A program made the position numbers and the translations under genes. This document shows, piece after piece, positions 44,008-47,835 of a stretch of 47,835 bases of DNA (its first letter is position 1; the number at the start of each line of letters is the position of its first letter). Origin of the DNA: a virus (taxonomy: Duplodnaviria; Caudoviricetes); IMG/VR virus record IMGVR_UViG_3300033485_000025, positions 1 through 47,835 of that record. The stretch is one strand, 5' to 3'. A model generated the notes under the pieces. The model saw only the letters and a program-made list of their open reading frames with translations. It was not told the origin of the DNA and searched no databases.

Positions 44008-44556
44008 TTATTTTTTTATTAAAGGTCTCGCAGGATTTCCAATAACCGTTTCTCCTGGTAATACATCTCGAATAACAACTGCTCCCATACCAATAGTTGC
44101 TCCATCACCGATTTTTATTTTATTTTTTATCATTGCCCCTATTCCAATATAAACATCATTCCCAACTTGAACGCTTCCACCTATTACTACACCTGAAATA
44201 ATTAAGCAATTTTCTCCTATATCTACGTTGTGAGCAATATGACAAAGAGTATCAATTTTTGTTCCTTTACGAATTATTGTTTGACCGTCTTTGTGTGTTG
44301 CTCTAACTATTACAGTTCCTTCACCGATTGAAACTTTATCTTCAATTATTATTCTTCCAGCGTGGGGTATCAATAACCATTCTCCGTTAATCTTTTCGTA
44401 ACCGAATCCGTGGGGCGCGAAGTGTACATTCTTACCAATGTTCGCCCCTATTTCTACTTCTGCAAAATCAGGTATTGAAGAACCCCATGCAGGTTTGAAA
44501 GGGTATTTTTCTATTTGCTCTAAGCAAAACTTTTGACGTGATGTTAAGTCTTCCAT
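44008..44556 (-). CDS. Hexapeptide-repeat (LpxD/NeuD-like) acyltransferase
   Basis: GFGY, GRIIIEDKVSIG, TKIDTLCHIAHNVDIG, GNPARP. Confidence 0.9.
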   Translation of the reverse strand: MEDLTSRQKFCLEQIEKYPFKPAWGSSIPDFAEVEIGANIGKNVHFAPHGFGYEKINGEWLLIPHAGRIIIEDKVSIGEGTVIVRATHKDGQTIIRKGTKIDTLCHIAHNVDIGENCLIISGVVIGGSVQVGNDVYIGIGAMIKNKIKIGDGATIGMGAVVIRDVLPGETVIGNPARPLIKK

Positions 44557-44575
44557 AAACCTAACATATCATTTT

Positions 44576-45163
44576 TTATTTAATAATCCGAATTACCTCG
44601 AAGGCTTCCGCATATTCTACTCCGGTTTGTACTCCGCGTACTCGCGCGAGACCTTTTATAAAATCTTCGTTCATATAATTTCGGTGAGCCTGTGATTTAT
44701 ATTCTTTTAACGCCTGAATCTTTTTATTCAAATGATCTGCTTTGACTTTAAAAAAAGCCTGAGTTTTAAAAGTTAAATTGTTCCAGGGTAATTCATACCC
44801 GTAAATCGTACAATGTTTAAATGCTCTCAACGCTTCGTTATAAACAACTTGGTGATCCTGATGTAAATCATTTGCTGATGGAACAAAAATAGTGTCCGGC
44901 TTTATGTGATCTCTTTTCATAATCATTGCATCGAGAACAGCCTGCCTATTATTATCGAAATTGCGTACCGGGAAATTGTCAATAATTTTAACCCAATTAA
45001 TTATTTTTGAAGCCTTTGAAAATTCATCAACTAAATCAGGATTATTGCAACATGAAAATGCAAGACAAAATACTTCGTTACCTTCCTCTACTAACTTAGC
45101 CATTGTAGCTCCGCACCCTAGTTCACCGTCGTCTGTATGTGGGGATAGTACAAGTACTTTCAT
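44576..45163 (-). CDS. PIG-L/LmbE-family deacetylase
   Basis: VLSPHTDDGELGCG, DLHQDH, KSQ, YAEAF. Confidence 0.92.
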   Translation of the reverse strand: MKVLVLSPHTDDGELGCGATMAKLVEEGNEVFCLAFSCCNNPDLVDEFSKASKIINWVKIIDNFPVRNFDNNRQAVLDAMIMKRDHIKPDTIFVPSANDLHQDHQVVYNEALRAFKHCTIYGYELPWNNLTFKTQAFFKVKADHLNKKIQALKEYKSQAHRNYMNEDFIKGLARVRGVQTGVEYAEAFEVIRIIK

Positions 45164-45409
45164 TTAACATTTAGATGACCAAATTTTTAACATCTCTTTA
45201 TACGGTTTCCCTATTTGAAAAGAGTCTCCGCTTCGAGTGCTTATCATGCAAGTTTTAGTACATAATTCGTGTTCGTCATCGCTCCCTCTTTCTCTTACCG
45301 ACTCAATATCATTTGTATCAATGGTTATTTTTGCCTCGATGTCATCCATTTTTACATCGAGATCCGCCATTTTTTTATTGTACAAAAAACAAATTAATTC
45401 TACCTTCAT
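45164..45409 (-). CDS. Hypothetical protein
   Basis: 81-aa ORF within the operon. Confidence 0.6.
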   Translation of the reverse strand: MKVELICFLYNKKMADLDVKMDDIEAKITIDTNDIESVRERGSDDEHELCTKTCMISTRSGDSFQIGKPYKEMLKIWSSKC

Positions 45410-45410
45410 A

Positions 45411-45791
45411 TTAATTCACTTGTAAACAACCTGTATTTAATTGACCCTTCTTTATAGTATCGCTTCCGATTAAGATAGCGACTTTAACGAGAATATTATT
45501 TTTATCTCCTACTTTAAAACAACACCCTCCACCCCAAGCGTTATAATAATTGTTTTTTAAATCTTCGATCTTCCCGGCAAAAGAATGTTTTTGTTTATTC
45601 CAAACAGTATCTTTTATTGTGCCGTCGTAGTTTGACCCCGTAATAGTGAAGTCCGTGGCTTTTGGAAATTCAACTACGTAAGTAACATCAAAGAATTTCT
45701 TTTGCTCCGGTTCCGGCTCTTCTGTTTTTTTGCAGGAGACTAAAATTGAAACGCACATAGCGATCAATAGAATATATTTTTTTATTTCCAT
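45411..45791 (-). CDS. Putative lipoprotein
   Basis: KK, hydrophobic core, LVSC lipobox followed by KKTEEPEPE. Confidence 0.75.
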   Translation of the reverse strand: MEIKKYILLIAMCVSILVSCKKTEEPEPEQKKFFDVTYVVEFPKATDFTITGSNYDGTIKDTVWNKQKHSFAGKIEDLKNNYYNAWGGGCCFKVGDKNNILVKVAILIGSDTIKKGQLNTGCLQVN

Positions 45792-46054
45792 CGTTTTAAA
45801 ATTTTAAAGTGAGTAACATTCGAAGCTATTAATTTGCAATCCCGATCATATAAACAGGTTATATTTTGATGCCTAATTTTTTCTAAAAGTGGATCAATGG
45901 CAATCATTGTATCTGTTTTCCCGTTTAAAAAGTGAACCTCAATAGTGTATGTGGTACTGTATTTGGCAAGCCTTTTTTCTCTTTCTAAATCGCATTCACA
46001 CGAAAAAAAGGCAGTTAACATAAATAAAATTAGAATAGGTTTTAGTGTTTTCAT
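45782..46054 (-). CDS. Putative lipoprotein
   Basis: MKTLK, hydrophobic core and FFSC lipobox. Confidence 0.7.
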   Translation of the reverse strand: MKTLKPILILFMLTAFFSCECDLEREKRLAKYSTTYTIEVHFLNGKTDTMIAIDPLLEKIRHQNITCLYDRDCKLIASNVTHFKILKRWK

Positions 46055-46066
46055 GGTTTTTGTTTT

Positions 46067-46144
46067 TTAGATATTGTAAATTAATTCTTCTCCGGTTAAA
46101 GCGAAATAAAGGTTTTGGAGTTGATGAAACGTATTTGCTTTCAT
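46067..46144 (-). CDS. 25-aa micro-ORF consisting of an HQLQNLYFALTGEEL motif
   Basis: ATGA-coupled; MKANTFHQLQNLYFALTGEELIYNI. Confidence 0.55.
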   Translation of the reverse strand: MKANTFHQLQNLYFALTGEELIYNI

Positions 46145-46335
46145 TTTCTTCCTCTGTTTTTAATTTTTAATATTTCAACGTCTGTTATAGTTATTACCTT
46201 TCCTAGCTTTATCCATATTCTTTTTCCTTTATTAGCAGATGCATAAGATACGCCAGCGAATGCACAAGCAGCCTTTAGAGAAGTATAAACTGTATCAAGT
46301 ACCTTATTGTCAATAGTAATTACATATCCATCCAT
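46141..46335 (-). CDS. Small NUMOD1-like HTH protein
   Basis: VYTSLKAACAFAGVSY. Confidence 0.55.
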   Translation of the reverse strand: MDGYVITIDNKVLDTVYTSLKAACAFAGVSYASANKGKRIWIKLGKVITITDVEILKIKNRGRK

Positions 46336-46339
46336 TTAC

Positions 46340-46374
46340 CAAATATACAACTTATTAGTTAATACAGTTGTATA
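46340..46374 (-). promoter_or_regulatory. Moron promoter with an overlapping palindromic operator
   Basis: TATATTTG (46347-46340) lies 4 nt before the ATG; TATACAACT-N13-AGTTGTATA inverted repeat. Confidence 0.65.
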
Positions 46375-46394
46375 AAATACAATTTATATCCATC

Positions 46395-47835
46395 TTACAA
46401 ATAAATCTGCTTAGGAATTAAATCAAAATAAACCCGCATCATTAAAGTGTCAGCAAAATCCGGTGAGCGTCCGAGTATAATCTTTTGTTCCTCCTTAGTA
46501 TTAATTTGTTTTTTGCCATCCATATCAACATTGGCGCGCTTTATACAACGCAGATCATCCCGGATAAGTTCTTTAATATCCATCACTTTATTACCCATCT
46601 TTACCTTTGTTGATCTCACCCCGTCAACTATACAGCACTCGTTATTTATGTTTATTTTAATATCTCCAATGTTTACCCTATGCTCTGCCAGGTAATAAAA
46701 GCATTGTGTTTTAAGGTTTTTATAACTCTCTTTTAGCCCTTGTATTTTCTTAGGGATGTCTCCTCCGGAGAAACCGCGATAACCTCCGAGCCTTACCGTA
46801 CCGGCTCCAACGCCATCTTGATCTATTAACACGTTTGATTTTTGTACTAAAAACTTCTTACGAGAGTCTTCAACAGCCTTAACAATATCATGAACATCGG
46901 ATTGTTTCATTACTATTGTTTGCACAACCTCCCACCCTTTCCATACCATTATTACGCATAGGTCGCGCCCAAATCTTGCAGCATCACACGTAATATATTT
47001 ATCATCGGAAGGCGAAACGAAATTAGAATCAATATCGTTGATCGAATTAAAATCGAATAAGGATAGATTGTCCTGGCGAACCTTCCAGTTACCGTCTAAT
47101 AATTGAGCTTTGATCGAATCGTCCTGCGATAAAAGGTTTGCTAAATATTCCGGGTTGACTTTAAGCAGCTCTTTATTATCGTAAATCGTACCAGGAATAA
47201 ATGTAACCGACTTAACCAGGTCTAAAGGATTCACGTCTTGACCTTCAAACTGGTTAAATATAAAAGGAGCCTTTTCTATAACCTCCTCTTTACTATCGCC
47301 CCATACCATAGCATCGCCATTGCGAATAAGATACCTTAATACGCCTGACCTTTCCGGTATAGGTATGCCGGTTTCTTGATCGATCCACCATTCAATGAAT
47401 CTTGCAACCCAACTATCCGGATCAGGGTTACATGTTGCCCTAACATAAGGTATTACTCCGCATGTTGACCGGTTCCGGGTTATCATATACCAAAACATTG
47501 ATTCAGTAAAATGCGTAAGCTCATCAAATACGATCAATGGTATTTGCGATCCCTGCCATGTGAATATATCTTTTTCGTGTTGTAAATGTGCAAAGGAAAC
47601 TTTAGACCCGCTTGGAAATGTCCAGCTTACATTAGACTTATTTGGTCTTGCCCCTTCAAGTGGATATAACTTCATGGATTCATCCCACAGCCCTCCCTCA
47701 TTCATTATCTGCGAAAACGTTCTACGGAAAAATACTGCGCCAAATTCGGGGTTTTTAGTATGATATAAAGGCTCTATTAATGAAATAAAAGTCTTTCCAA
47801 CACCAGCACCCGAACCGCCAATTAAAATATCTGCA
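46395..47835 (-). CDS. terL: Terminase large subunit, main part
   Basis: Walker A GSGAGVGKT, FRRT, Walker B IVFDELTHF, TCNP, nuclease motifs CDAARFGRD and RSPDFADTL. Confidence 0.95.
   Translation of the reverse strand, partial: ADILIGGSGAGVGKTFISLIEPLYHTKNPEFGAVFFRRTFSQIMNEGGLWDESMKLYPLEGARPNKSNVSWTFPSGSKVSFAHLQHEKDIFTWQGSQIPLIVFDELTHFTESMFWYMITRNRSTCGVIPYVRATCNPDPDSWVARFIEWWIDQETGIPIPERSGVLRYLIRNGDAMVWGDSKEEVIEKAPFIFNQFEGQDVNPLDLVKSVTFIPGTIYDNKELLKVNPEYLANLLSQDDSIKAQLLDGNWKVRQDNLSLFDFNSINDIDSNFVSPSDDKYITCDAARFGRDLCVIMVWKGWEVVQTIVMKQSDVHDIVKAVEDSRKKFLVQKSNVLIDQDGVGAGTVRLGGYRGFSGGDIPKKIQGLKESYKNLKTQCFYYLAEHRVNIGDIKININNECCIVDGVRSTKVKMGNKVMDIKELIRDDLRCIKRANVDMDGKKQINTKEEQKIILGRSPDFADTLMMRVYFDLIPKQIYL

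Larger units (their letters stand above)
1..47835. mobile_element. Complete circularly permuted tailed phage genome, probable Bacteroidota host
   Basis: Full set of packaging, head, tail, lysis and replication modules and no host housekeeping genes. The 5-nt terminal overlap CTGCA restores the terL frame across the ends. TAnnTTTG promoters are present. Confidence 0.93.

Noticed and set aside
1-47835. Alternative genetic code (stop-codon reassignment)
   Set aside because: Genes are full length and tightly coupled under the standard code, and TAA, TAG and TGA all terminate genes.

Overview
The window is an apparently complete, circularly permuted genome (about 47.83 kb) of a tailed dsDNA phage, probably a siphovirus. 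The two ends overlap by 5 nt (CTGCA), and joining them restores the terminase large subunit in frame. Promoters of the TAnnTTTG type, AT-rich translation starts and Bacteroidota-style signal peptides point to a Bacteroidota host. There are two arms. The + strand early/middle arm (1796-16619) carries a Rad52/Sak-like annealing protein, Gp157, NinG, an IbrAB-like PAPS-reductase/ParB pair, a PD-(D/E)XK nuclease, a DUF6291-like initiator with internal iterons and a DNA methylase. The - strand late arm runs terS-terL, a moron-like insert, portal, scaffold, capsid, a glycosyltransferase cluster, a frameshifted tail chaperone, tape measure, tail genes and lysis genes. I recognise no integrase or DNA polymerase. 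The top finding is a three-cassette integron-like array (13179-14517) with attC-like hairpins, cassette-specific complementary ends and an attI-like simple site. Its genes appear inverted relative to the att sites, one start codon lies inside an attC loop, and the genome encodes no recognisable recombinase. Other highlights are glycosylation enzymes embedded among virion genes, a capsid protein with a hydrophobic leader, a tail-fibre-like protein with a signal peptide, two degenerate tRNA-like elements and an attenuator-like leader. All product calls come from motif recognition and gene order, not database searches.
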